From: a virus | DNA: 64,000 bases | IMG/VR virus record: IMGVR_UViG_3300048446_000526 | Coordinates: 1-64,000 of that record | Direction: 5' to 3' (one strand) | Shown: piece after piece, positions 41,042 to 52,900 of the stretch | How positions within the stretch are numbered: position 1 is the first letter of the stretch | Layout of the letters: every line of letters starts with the position of its first letter | Program-made: the position numbers and the translations under genes | The notes under the pieces: model-generated | Told to the model about the DNA's origin: nothing | Database searches by the model: none | The model's input: the letters and a program-made list of their open reading frames with translations, nothing else

Positions 41042-44000
41042 ATGGCAGTAGACAACGGGCCTATAACTTGTAGTAATTTAAGCGTAAATCAAGTAGGGCC
41101 GTATAGCCAAACTCTGGTTTTAGGGTGCAGTGCTACAAATCTAAGTATGAACGTAGGATGGGGTTCTACCAGCAGTACTTGTTCTATTACGATGGTACGA
41201 GACACCTGCCGTCATTGGAGAGATGAAACGTATGATGAATCTAATACCTACTGGCAAAGTCTTCTTCAGCAAGGACCGGACAATCCAATAGGAAATGCGT
41301 TACCAAAAGGCCCAGATGGAAACATAGACCCATCTCAATCAGACCCAAGAAGAACTTGGCAAAAAAATATAGCCCGACAACAAGTAGCAGAACAAAACTA
41401 TAAATTAAATAATCAAGACAGCAATCAAGCATACGGTGACTTTGGAAAACAAATGTGGTATTCTAATTTGGCTGGTGGTTTTGGCATGGTAAATTGGCTT
41501 GGCCCAGACCCCGGATTTTTAGCCAACTCAGACAATGCTGCTACACAGATTAATAATCCCGGTGCTACTGTAGGCTATGATGTAAACGGTACTTGTGTTT
41601 TTGTAAAAATGGAAGACTTGTTTTTTGGAGGAATAATTAAAAGTTGGGAAAACAGAGCAGCCCAAGGAGGAGTCACTACTTCTGTACAATTAGAAAGTAT
41701 GGCAAGCCTACTTAAAGGCACTAGTATGATTATAAATAACTTCAATGGTTCTGTTGGTAGCAGATATTATTCTGGATTTACTGATATTCCTATTGTTACT
41801 GTACCTAGTAATGATGTAGATGGAGATGTTGGTGTTGGTGCCAATATATATAACGGTAGTGTCAGAGGAGGTAATCACCCTAATTTAATCAATTTACAAG
41901 GCCTTGCCAATTTTGTTTATGGTTTTAGTGGTGCTTCTTGGGCAGGAAGCAAGGGTGTTAGTGCTGCTGATATATACTTTATGATTAATAGTGTTCTTAA
42001 CCCAAGTAATATATCTCTACCAACAAGCCCGTACTTTCCTTATGGTGCTTTAGTTGGAAGAAGTTTAATAGACAGATTTACTGGTAGTTTTATTGACACA
42101 AATCAACAGGTTCTATCTTATGGAAATACACAGATTTCTTACGAAGCATTAGGATGGATGCCTACAAAACTCGCTATCGACAACAGGTTCAGACCTATGT
42201 TTTCATTAGATTTAAGCGAAGTTCCTGTTCCTCCAGCAGACATATATTTTACTGAAGACAGTCTAACCATTACAGCATTTTTAGACGCTATCTCTCAAGG
42301 AGGCCAATATGATTACGTCATAGACTGTGCTCCAAGTACCAACCCTCTGTATAGTGCTTGCATCAAGGTTAGAACAGTCAATCGTTCAATAGCGGTTCCT
42401 CCTAATACTCTTGGCAATGCACTTGCTACTAGAGATGATTTTCAAAATGTAAATTATGGTGAAGAATTTGATACGGCAGATGTTCGTGAGGTTATAGTAG
42501 GTGCTCCTCAAAAAAGACTGATGCAGTTTACAACTATAGGCAAGTCTATATTTCAAGAAACAAGAGTTTACGATCCTTTTGTTGAAAGAGGAGGAGGACT
42601 CGTAAGAGGTTCTGATGTAGTTGTTCCTTATGGTTCGCAAATGGTTACAGAGTTTGATCCTGACCCAGAAGTAGAACTAGATACTGTTAATGTCCAGCAA
42701 GGACAAAATTCTTTCCAGCCTAATCTGATAGACATAAGATGGTATAAATCATATAGGGTTGGTGCTGGCGTGGTGGCACAACAAACTACAACAGATCAAT
42801 TTTTTAGAAATTACAATAATGGTGGTAGCCAAGGAGTCAAAAAACTAGGCAACTATGGGCTAAAAACATTTGTTCGTATGCCTGCTGGAATTGACCAAGA
42901 GGCAAACTCATATCCCTTGTGTTCAGACTTAATTAGTCCTTTCTACGGCAAAGACAGCACAGGCAACATTAGGCTTGTTTACTTTGATCGAAAGATGGGT
43001 CAAATTCAAGTTATGACAAGTGTTTTTGATTGGAGACTATGGTGCAGTTATGCAACACCAGATTTTGCACAGCCAACACCTAATAATGCGAACGGTGAAG
43101 GACAAGGCCAAGGAGGAGAACCCGGAGACGATACCATAGGCGATGACGAACCAACCAATCCAGTTTTTAGAGTAGTAGGCACACAATGGGTTATAACAGA
43201 AACCGAAATCAGAGCAGCAATGTCTGGTATCGACATTTTCTTTCATTATTTATTTGATGAATATAAAAATGGTTTTGTTACCATGACTGCTAAATACTTT
43301 TATGATTACATAGCAGAGGCTTTTTGTACGAATGTTGCGGATCAATTACTAAATGGTGGTCAATGGTGGGAAAACACCAAAGAGATAGACTCTAGTAAAG
43401 CAGCATATCCTAATGCAGATGGTATATTTATAGCCGATGGACCAGATGGAGCCACAGACAGTAGATGGGTTCCAGCATTAACAGACTATAGAGTTTTTCA
43501 AGAACTTAAAAAATTAATGAAGTTTCTTGCTGAAGATATTGGTGAATATCATGCAAAATCTTATTTAATCAGAATGCCGCAGGTATACTCTTTTACAGAT
43601 CGTGCCGGAAACAGACAATACAATTACCAGCCATCTGATTTTGGATGGGAAGAAGAAGGTAATCCTTTGGATGACACTATGGTAATAGGTTCTTCAGCAT
43701 CACGAACGCTAGCAAACGGAAATGGTACTTTTGGTCCTATGGTGGGCTTTCTAGCAAATCTAGAATTTGATGGACAGAACCAAACTTTTACTGAAGATGA
43801 AATCACCCAAATGAAATTACCGGAACAATGTCCAGAAGAACCTCCTCCACAGCAACCAGAAGCAGAAGACCCAAAAGAAGATGCTGCTGGTGATAAATTA
43901 CCAAACGGAGCAAACCCTCCTAATGATCCCGGCAGGCCTCCTCTTCCGAAAAATGCACAGCAAGGACCAGCAGCACAATCATCAAGAAATACTGTTTCTA

Positions 44001-46954
44001 TAATGGCAGGCGAAGATGCAGATGGAGATGGTGAAGTTGATAATGTAAATGATAATCCTAATCAGGCTCCTCCTCAAGGTCCGCTTACTGATGCAGGAGA
44101 TGGTGGTTCACCAAAAGATGACAAGAGACCAACTAAAAATCTTGAAAGAGGATGGTATGTACCATTAGATTTATCAAAAGTAGATAAGAGTACTTCTATA
44201 TACTATGTTAGTCAAAATCTAATAAATGACAGAAACAGTTTTTATGCCTCATTAGGCTACCCCGTTGCAACAATCACCAGACCTTTTTATGATACAGAAG
44301 GGGAAGCACACAATTTTAGAAGAAGAAATGTTTCTTGTTATCGTAAAGCATATCTCAAGGCAAATTTTTTAGTACTGAATGATTATGATAAAACACCTGA
44401 TCAACTAGGATTTTCTAGAATGCATGGAGGCAGTCCGTGTGTTGCTTTGCAAGTAAGTTCTACAGTAGATCAGATATCAGAAAGAGGAGTTGATTTTGTA
44501 ATGGAGATGCAGAAATTCCTTCTTCAGTTTAACGGCTACCAACTTCCAAAAGAGTCTGGACTACAAAGAAACTGGCAAAAAGGAAAACAAATCACTTTTA
44601 TTGATAAACTGGACGATGAGACACGTAAACCAGCATCGAAAGCGATTCTTGCTGGTAGAATAAACGCAGCAAGAGCCAGAAGAAGACTTATTGTTTCTGG
44701 TCAAAACGATAAAAGTGCCGACATGGAAAAGTCAAATAGAGTATTTAAAAGAGGTGTTTTTGCTATACCAGTATTTGCAATGGTTCCAGTGCAATACAAT
44801 ATTGCAAACTATGGGCCGTGGGCTACTGTTCCCGGTACTGTAGAAAATATTGTATTTAATGACAGTAACCCTATTTTTAATGCTACTCTTGCAGATAATA
44901 TGGTAGGAGGAGTAAGAGTTAAATATGATAGTAATGCTGCTCCGTGGAATTACGGAGGAATTGAATACCTAGACTATGCTAAACTTACAGAAGTAACATC
45001 TACCCTTAAAGGCCAGCAGTCTTTAGAAAAAGCATCATTTCAAGTTCCGGGTGTATTATTGTCTGACGGCTTTCCTGTTAGTATAGGTTCATTTGTAGCA
45101 GGACAAGGAGCCATTGTGAATAGTCTTAGCACTAATATCAGTGCTCAGGGAGGATTTAGTACCAACTATACTCTTAGAACATATGTAAAGAAAATTGGTT
45201 TTTATAATAATGAAAGAGCCAAAGAAATAGCAGAACTAGGAAAGCAAAACAGCGACATTAGAAATGAACTAACAAGACTGCAACGAGAGGCTTTTGATCT
45301 TCGTGTCAGTACAACTCAAAATACTACTAGAGGAAGTAATGGAAACGGTGGTTCTGACAGTTATAGAGTTCCACCAGATAAAGAAGAAGGTCTTATTGGA
45401 GATACAAGTCCTGTAGAAGCATTAGTCGGTAAGGCAAGACCATACATTCGAACTGGTGCTTCTTTTGCAAACGAACAAGGATATAGTCCTTCTTGGCATA
45501 TCACGCAGTCAACAGCAGGTGCTACTACCGGACCTGATGATACATATCAGCATATATCTAGAACTACACTTTATAAAGACGACGAGTTTATAACTAAGTT
45601 TATGGACCCTGCTATTTATGGTTCTCAGTCTATGATGAGTCTTGACGGTATCATTTCTCCTATATCTTTCTATCCTACTCCATACGGAGCAACTTACCAT
45701 ATCACCAGATATGATAGAAAACATTGTCCATACTGTAAAGGAACAGGGTCATACAAATACAAAGTTGGTAGCACTCTTTCAGTAACCAGTGAATTTCCTA
45801 CCTATGACGAGATGGATGCAGGAGCCACTCTTACGGCAGATTGTACTTTCTGTACAACAGACAAAGAACAAGAAAGAAATGGAAGTGCTGGTAAAACTAC
45901 CATTAGAACTCCTCCTTATATTATTGATAAAGGTACAGATGAAGAATTAGCAGAAGGTGCTACAAACGTAGGAGAAGATGCCTGTCAAGATTCTAGAGTT
46001 CTTATTAACTATACAACTTTAACTCCTGTCGTTATGTCTTCCACTAGTGGTGAGTTTGCTGTTTCTATTAATAGACAAGAAGGCGATCTTTGTGCTCATT
46101 CTATCAGGATGGTTGGGGTAGGATGGCAACCTCCTAGCGGATCACAAAGTTTACACTTACAAGGAGCAGGTAACAGAACCAAGAACTACTCTGATTATGA
46201 CATCAGTTATAATAATGGTTCCACAGACCCCGACTTTGAAGCATTAAACAATGCAAGGTTTATGGGTTTGCGTGGACCAATGATGTTGCACGGCTGGGGT
46301 TATGATGTAGATGGTTATCCAGTACCTAATGCTTCTGGAGATATACAATACGGAGACGACGGTTCTCCTGTTACAGACGCAGATGGAAACACTATTTATG
46401 CTAATCAGGTTCAACAAGCAGACGGTTCATTTTCTGAGCCCTTTCCTGAACAAAAGTTTGCAAAAAATTGGGCAAGTGCTCCGAATACTTGGCCCGTAGG
46501 CCCAATAGATTTAAGATGGAATCCAAAGGCTAAACTTTGGACTGTAGGAACAAGTTATACAGACGTATACGTTACATTAGAGAACGACCTTAAAGGAGAC
46601 ACACCAGTAAGAGCAGTGTTAACAGATGCGGCAGACAACACTGATCCTTTACCTGACGGCTACAGGAAACTAGTATTTGTTCAAGACCCCAATGGTTTCT
46701 TTAGTGCTCCTCGTGGTGCCACCATATATGCCAAATACAATACTGATTCTGGTTTTTACAACCCTATCTTTAACAACACCACTATAGTACTAGGAGTTGT
46801 TAATGCTGCTGGTGCTGCCACGGTGTATATAGATGATAAGGCGTATGATGTAGGGTTTTCTAACCCTTTAGAAATTGGCGTAAATGTTGGAGGAAAAGCC
46901 ATTTTTATGTTTGTCGATGGAGAGTGGATTATTCAAGCGACTAGTTGTAGATAA
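41042..46954 (+). CDS. Putative baseplate hub/tail tip protein (1970 aa)
   Basis: Hub-like N-terminus (LGCSATNLSMNVGWG...FFGGIIKSW); CPYCKGTG...CTFC Zn motif; synteny. Confidence 0.4.
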   Translation: MAVDNGPITCSNLSVNQVGPYSQTLVLGCSATNLSMNVGWGSTSSTCSITMVRDTCRHWRDETYDESNTYWQSLLQQGPDNPIGNALPKGPDGNIDPSQSDPRRTWQKNIARQQVAEQNYKLNNQDSNQAYGDFGKQMWYSNLAGGFGMVNWLGPDPGFLANSDNAATQINNPGATVGYDVNGTCVFVKMEDLFFGGIIKSWENRAAQGGVTTSVQLESMASLLKGTSMIINNFNGSVGSRYYSGFTDIPIVTVPSNDVDGDVGVGANIYNGSVRGGNHPNLINLQGLANFVYGFSGASWAGSKGVSAADIYFMINSVLNPSNISLPTSPYFPYGALVGRSLIDRFTGSFIDTNQQVLSYGNTQISYEALGWMPTKLAIDNRFRPMFSLDLSEVPVPPADIYFTEDSLTITAFLDAISQGGQYDYVIDCAPSTNPLYSACIKVRTVNRSIAVPPNTLGNALATRDDFQNVNYGEEFDTADVREVIVGAPQKRLMQFTTIGKSIFQETRVYDPFVERGGGLVRGSDVVVPYGSQMVTEFDPDPEVELDTVNVQQGQNSFQPNLIDIRWYKSYRVGAGVVAQQTTTDQFFRNYNNGGSQGVKKLGNYGLKTFVRMPAGIDQEANSYPLCSDLISPFYGKDSTGNIRLVYFDRKMGQIQVMTSVFDWRLWCSYATPDFAQPTPNNANGEGQGQGGEPGDDTIGDDEPTNPVFRVVGTQWVITETEIRAAMSGIDIFFHYLFDEYKNGFVTMTAKYFYDYIAEAFCTNVADQLLNGGQWWENTKEIDSSKAAYPNADGIFIADGPDGATDSRWVPALTDYRVFQELKKLMKFLAEDIGEYHAKSYLIRMPQVYSFTDRAGNRQYNYQPSDFGWEEEGNPLDDTMVIGSSASRTLANGNGTFGPMVGFLANLEFDGQNQTFTEDEITQMKLPEQCPEEPPPQQPEAEDPKEDAAGDKLPNGANPPNDPGRPPLPKNAQQGPAAQSSRNTVSIMAGEDADGDGEVDNVNDNPNQAPPQGPLTDAGDGGSPKDDKRPTKNLERGWYVPLDLSKVDKSTSIYYVSQNLINDRNSFYASLGYPVATITRPFYDTEGEAHNFRRRNVSCYRKAYLKANFLVLNDYDKTPDQLGFSRMHGGSPCVALQVSSTVDQISERGVDFVMEMQKFLLQFNGYQLPKESGLQRNWQKGKQITFIDKLDDETRKPASKAILAGRINAARARRRLIVSGQNDKSADMEKSNRVFKRGVFAIPVFAMVPVQYNIANYGPWATVPGTVENIVFNDSNPIFNATLADNMVGGVRVKYDSNAAPWNYGGIEYLDYAKLTEVTSTLKGQQSLEKASFQVPGVLLSDGFPVSIGSFVAGQGAIVNSLSTNISAQGGFSTNYTLRTYVKKIGFYNNERAKEIAELGKQNSDIRNELTRLQREAFDLRVSTTQNTTRGSNGNGGSDSYRVPPDKEEGLIGDTSPVEALVGKARPYIRTGASFANEQGYSPSWHITQSTAGATTGPDDTYQHISRTTLYKDDEFITKFMDPAIYGSQSMMSLDGIISPISFYPTPYGATYHITRYDRKHCPYCKGTGSYKYKVGSTLSVTSEFPTYDEMDAGATLTADCTFCTTDKEQERNGSAGKTTIRTPPYIIDKGTDEELAEGATNVGEDACQDSRVLINYTTLTPVVMSSTSGEFAVSINRQEGDLCAHSIRMVGVGWQPPSGSQSLHLQGAGNRTKNYSDYDISYNNGSTDPDFEALNNARFMGLRGPMMLHGWGYDVDGYPVPNASGDIQYGDDGSPVTDADGNTIYANQVQQADGSFSEPFPEQKFAKNWASAPNTWPVGPIDLRWNPKAKLWTVGTSYTDVYVTLENDLKGDTPVRAVLTDAADNTDPLPDGYRKLVFVQDPNGFFSAPRGATIYAKYNTDSGFYNPIFNNTTIVLGVVNAAGAATVYIDDKAYDVGFSNPLEIGVNVGGKAIFMFVDGEWIIQATSCR

Positions 46955-46963
46955 GGATTTTAA

Positions 46964-49900
46964 ATGTCTTGCTGTAATATTAATTATTCCAGAAATTATG
47001 AAACTGTTGTAACTTCTGCATTTAAAAGCAGTTTTGCTTCAGCACAAAAAAGTTCTGTGTCTAGAGAAAATACACCTAGTACAACAGGGTGGTTTCCTAT
47101 AATCGCTAGATATAGTCCTAGGGGAAATGCTTTTTATACACCTCAGTTAAGTATGCCTCAAATAACAGGATACACTCTTTTTGATCCTATTAATTGCAAC
47201 AATGCAGATTTTACAGACCGGGAGTTAAGCGACCCAAACAGTATAAATATGGACACATCATATTGTGAACAATGGTCTCCCGAAAACAATGCTAGTATTC
47301 AAACAGGGAGAATGAAAAAAGCAGACGGTACTCAGGCTCCTGTCTCTAGGAAAGGCGGCTTGAGTGATGTTATGACCCATCAATCTGATATATATCATGG
47401 TATTCCATACTTGATGACACAATATGCTAGCGGTTTTATGGACAACAAATTTGATGGAACTTTTCCTCTAACTATGAACAACCCTGTAGGATGGAATAGT
47501 GTTGTAGAGTCTACGCCAGAAGAAGGAACAAATAAGAGATATTCTGATTGGCATATTATGCCAAGAATGGGAGAGATAGATTACGATCCTATGACAAGCC
47601 AATATCTAAACGAGCGAGATCATTCTATGGCTAATAAAAAAGCCATGATTGCACATAAAACAGCGGGCAATTTTATTCTGTTTAATATTGGAGATGTTTT
47701 TCAAGAAAATGATGAAGATTGGGAAGATGATTATCTTGCTTATGCAGATATTCTAGAACCTCTTTTGGTGGATACATCACAAGGAGAGAAAATCAATGAA
47801 AGAGGGTCGTGGGACTTAAAACTTCCTGAGCCTGAAGAGTTTATGCAGCCTTATGGCTTTGATGCATTTACTTATAACAATGTTTTTGTTGGAGATAAAA
47901 AACGTGTTTCATATTGGAAATGGGATATAAATAAATGTTCTGCGGCGTGGGTTCTCAAGACGGATGAAGAAATTAAAATAGAGGTAGGAGAAGAAAGCGA
48001 TAAAATGGACTATATAACATATATTCCATCCGGTGATTGTTTTATTGCTAAAATTGATCCTATAGAACCTCAAAATAAATCTAGTGACCCCCAAATGAAC
48101 AAAGAAGGTGAAAAGAGGTGTCCATCTGGTGTTAAATTTATTGACGAAGGCACAGTCTATACAATTCCTCATAACAGTTATGCCGTGTACATATCTTGTA
48201 ATATTTATCCTGCTTTTTATGAGGCTTTCAATGCTTTAAAAAAAATAACAAAAAGTATCGAAAATCTTATGCCTGTTGAACCTGACGAAGAAGGAGATAG
48301 TAAAAATACTCTTTATCGTGTGATTGAACAAGCCATGTATGTGGCTACTCATCCTTTAGTCGATAAAATCACCGTAGACCTGCATAAAAATAACATCCAA
48401 AGTGCTGAAAAACTTACACCTCATATCTGGGGTGGTTATCTTAATCCACAGTATTCGTACATGAACGCATATGATAAAAATTATGCTAGTTTTAATAATT
48501 TAAATCTTTGTAAAACTTGGACAGATTTAGGCAGGACAATTAATAATAAGTATGGATCATATTTTACTGAAGAAATAGAAATAGGATCAGAATCATTTGC
48601 TCCTTATACTTCTTCTCATATAGGCGTTGATGTGCTTTATGATCTTTATGCCAAAGGGGGTTCGTTCAGAACTAAGGGTAGACAAAGTACTGACTATAAA
48701 GATATGACTCCTTGGTATCCTGATTTTCAGGTATCGCTTGGAGGACTAAAATTAAAAGTTGCTGATGAAAGAAGTATTATAGAAAGAACATACTATAGTT
48801 TTAATGAAGATGAAGAAGGGTGTTCTCTTGATGATTGGAAGGCTTTTAGCAATTTGCAATTAAATGATAAAACTTTATATAGCCGTTATTTGCAAAGCGG
48901 ACTATATGAGATGAATAGTTACTATGTAAGAAATGTTAATGAACAAGGTGGCAGCATTAGAGGTTATTGTGATATATGTGACGAGTACAGCACATATGAA
49001 AATTACGGAGGAGAAGAAAACTGTGTTGAACACGATGGATCGCTTCCGTTTTGTGACTGCGACGAAAATCCAGACCCAGAAAAATATCCTGAACTGCCTT
49101 GTGTAGGCATATCCGATAATACTGTAAGACTAGAAAGAAAATACGAAGTTATCGTAGATACTAATTCTTTTCCTATTAATATGGCTTTTCATTTGGACGG
49201 AGGTGCTTATTATAGGGCGAGAAATCTAGAAGAAACAGGATTTATACAAAATGCAAATATTCAAGCATGGGGCAGTATGAAGGTAAGGTTTGCTTCATTC
49301 GATACTCGTGTTGCACAAACTAGGGCTTGGGCTGTAGACGTATACCAGTTACAGACCGACGACCCAAAGACGTTCTCATGTGAAAGGTTTCCTGTATTAG
49401 AAAATTGCGAACAAAGCAAAATTCTTTACGATGACACTTACCCTATTCAAAAAGACACTTTGGTATACGCACATACTACTGCTTATACTCCTGCTCAAAG
49501 CACTAAATACTCTCCTTCTCTTAAATTATATGGAGGCTACGACAAGGGCAAACTTGAAGAATTATTTCCTGCGTATGATTTTCCTGATGTAGGGAAGACT
49601 GTCAGAGGTAAGACTACTTATAGAATAGACCCTGATAACCCATTCGGATGTGAATCAAATGACTATTTAGTACATGAAAATTATTTGAGAAGTTCTATAA
49701 AAATAGAACTCAATAATCAAAATGACCCATATTGCGATCTAGTTATGACTTCTAGAGAAACCGTAGACATTACTGGTCCTAGATACTTTATTACTTTTGA
49801 TGAATTTGGAAATGAAGAACAGATACTCAATAAAGATTTTAAAAGATTTTCTACGAGTGTGACTTATCAGCCACAAGAGCCTGAGCCCACACAAGGATCG

Positions 49901-52900
49901 CCTTCTGTAAAAAGCAATAGTGTAGTATGGCCCGGAGGAGGAAAGTTCCTTGTTCCACAGCAAGACCAAAGCAAAGATAATTGGTTCTTGACTTTTGAAA
50001 ACTCATTCTTAATGGAACTAATGAGCAGTGCAGGAGCACTTTCTCCAGAAGATGAAGACAGCGGTATCTCAGCCAACATATTTCCCGGTATAGAAAATCC
50101 ACAACATCAATTTGAAAATATTTACTTTGATGACATATCTTATACATTATGCAATAATAAAGAATTATGGTTTGATTTCGGAGATCAAACATCTTCAGTG
50201 AGATTAACTTTCATAAAAAGACCTAGACCAGTTAAGGCAAAATTTGCTTTATTCGCCCCAAATCTTGTTGAGTTAGGAGAAAATGTCAAGTTTGATTTTA
50301 ATCAGATTAAGACCGACGATGAAAACATGGCAACCGTAATGCCTAGTTATTTTAGAAATCAGTTAAACTCAGATCAGATGCCTAAGTATACTTTTAACAA
50401 TGACATTTCATCTGAATCAGAACTACCAGAAGCAGCAAGTTGGATAATATCAAGTGAACAAGCGAAAGCCTTAGCCCCTTTATTTAAAACCGTAAGTTCT
50501 TTTGACAGTAATAGAAAAATCAGAATCATATTTAAACAAGACAAAACTTACTGGGAACTTAAAACCTTACCTACTAAATATTACTCTCATGGAAAATCAT
50601 GGCAAGGATATCCTCACTTTGTTAAACCAGTTTTTCAAGGTATTGACACAAATTATATTCCCGGTATGGTTCCCTATGTGCAGAGAACGTCTACTCCTGA
50701 AGAAAGTAGATGGATAGTGAAACCTAATACTGAATATGCTTCAGACAAAGCAGGTTTAGTTATGGGAGAAGATGAAACGGCTTTTGATCCGCAATGGCCT
50801 CTCAATCTACAACTTAATAACTATGCTGTAAACTTAGATAAAAATACAGTAGTATTTCCCGGTGCTAGAATGTTTTTTGCTATGTTTCCTGAGATAGATA
50901 CATGGGATGGTGCTGCGGACAATGCTCCTGCTGGAAGTCTTGTAAAGATAGGTAATTTTATATACTATAAAATACAAGGTGGCAGTCCGTCAGAAGATGA
51001 AAGATTCCAAGACTATTACTTAATATTTAATCCTCTTGATACATACACATGGCAGAAGTATTCTGATTTACATATAGACTTTGCTAATACTAGTTATGCG
51101 GGATATGTGTATAATGGTTCATTTGACTTGCCAAATATACCGTTTTACTTTTATCGTTATCCGTTTGGAGACAGAAGCAAGATTAAAAAGGCTTTGGCTA
51201 CTAAAATTAGTATTAGGTCTACTTTACAAGATAGTTCAGGTCGTAGAATTTTTCCTGCTACGCTTATTGATGGATGTGTAGATTATTGTCAAGAAGGTGG
51301 TGTGTCTTATTTAAAAATAGAAACTGAAATTAAGTTTGCAACTAAGTTAAACAAAGATTGGTTAGAAATTAACAGTAAAAAAACACCTATATCTTCTTAT
51401 CACATATACCACCCAGAATGTGTTGGTGCGGAGAAAGATAGGCTGTTGGCTAATGAGAAATATGCTACTAAATGGGCTGATCTAGAACACTTTGATGATA
51501 TAATATTTGATCACTGGATAGCGAATGAAGTTGGAGAATCTTATTATCCGCAAAGCAGATACCTTAACACTTTTTACAAAACTATAGTTGACAATGGCAA
51601 TTACATTAACACACAAAAAAATTCTGTACTGCCACAAGCAGGACCGTTTAGATTTATGGTTCATCAAAAGTACAGCGTAGACTATAACGCAGGAGAACCT
51701 GTGGCAGCAAGAAGAATAAGCGGTGTTCATAACTATCTTCCGTTTATGGATATAAATGATAAGAGTGCGGTGCAGTCTGCAAATTATTTAATTACAGAAC
51801 CGACTGATAATTTTGATGGATTACTAAAACCAGTAGCAGAAGATGAGAACGGAGTGGTAAGGCCTGACTTGGAGTTCGTGCTTACTGTACCAGTAGAATG
51901 CGAACTAGAACGTGTCTGGTTGCCTGCAAAAAACAAGGCTATGCTTAGTGAGTCTTTAAGAATGGATACACCTCAGTATTGGATAGAAAATATTCAACAG
52001 GAAGAAGAGGACAGATGTGACGGAGAAAGCCTGAGTCAAATATTTCCTCGTCCTATTAAAGGCAAAAACTATGGCAGTTCTTTTGGTGGTGCAGTGAGAG
52101 GTATTACCGCTAGCACTATAGCAGATGATGATAAGTTTCCTACTGCTACGTGGACTCCAGAAGCCTATGCTATATGGACTCAGTATTGTGACTTTGATCC
52201 GAAAGGTTGTGATCCTGTGGGGACGCCTTACCGATCAGGAATTAAGCCCTGCTACATGAATCAGGGAGGCTCAACATCGCTAAAAGCAGAATACAAATTT
52301 GCTAACCCTAATACTATACCTTTCGCAAATGTAGCCACTTCTATAGACGGCGTATATATTACTTACGATGCAGGTATTATCAACGGAATGAACGGATATC
52401 GTCCTCCGATGATTTTAAGGTCTATTTCTGAACCTACATATAATAAACAGAGTAAAAATAATATACAGTACTCCCAAGACTATCCTGACTCTTGTAATGA
52501 TAGTGTGGTCTTGCCTCCTTTGTACCAGTATCCTGAATGGGACGATGAGGTATCAGATACATTTATGGCAGGAGCAGACAAGTGGCGAAAGGCTGCCCTA
52601 GAAAACGATAGGGCTAAAAATGTTTTCTATGCAGATGTCTATGCAGAAGAAATGACTTTTCGTGCTTTATACGGTGAAGTTGAATTTGTAAATAGACAAT
52701 CTATAAACGGTACAAAAAAATTAACTGCGAATGAAATTATTAACTATGTTGATCCTGAGATCACAGTTAGCGAAATGCATGATCAAATTCTGTGGGATTA
52801 TGACAGTGCTGGCGACAGGATACAGAAACCAAAGGTGGAAGGGTTTTTTACTGTAAAATCACCTATGGAAGATGGAGAATCAGTGTCGGTAGTAGTCAAC

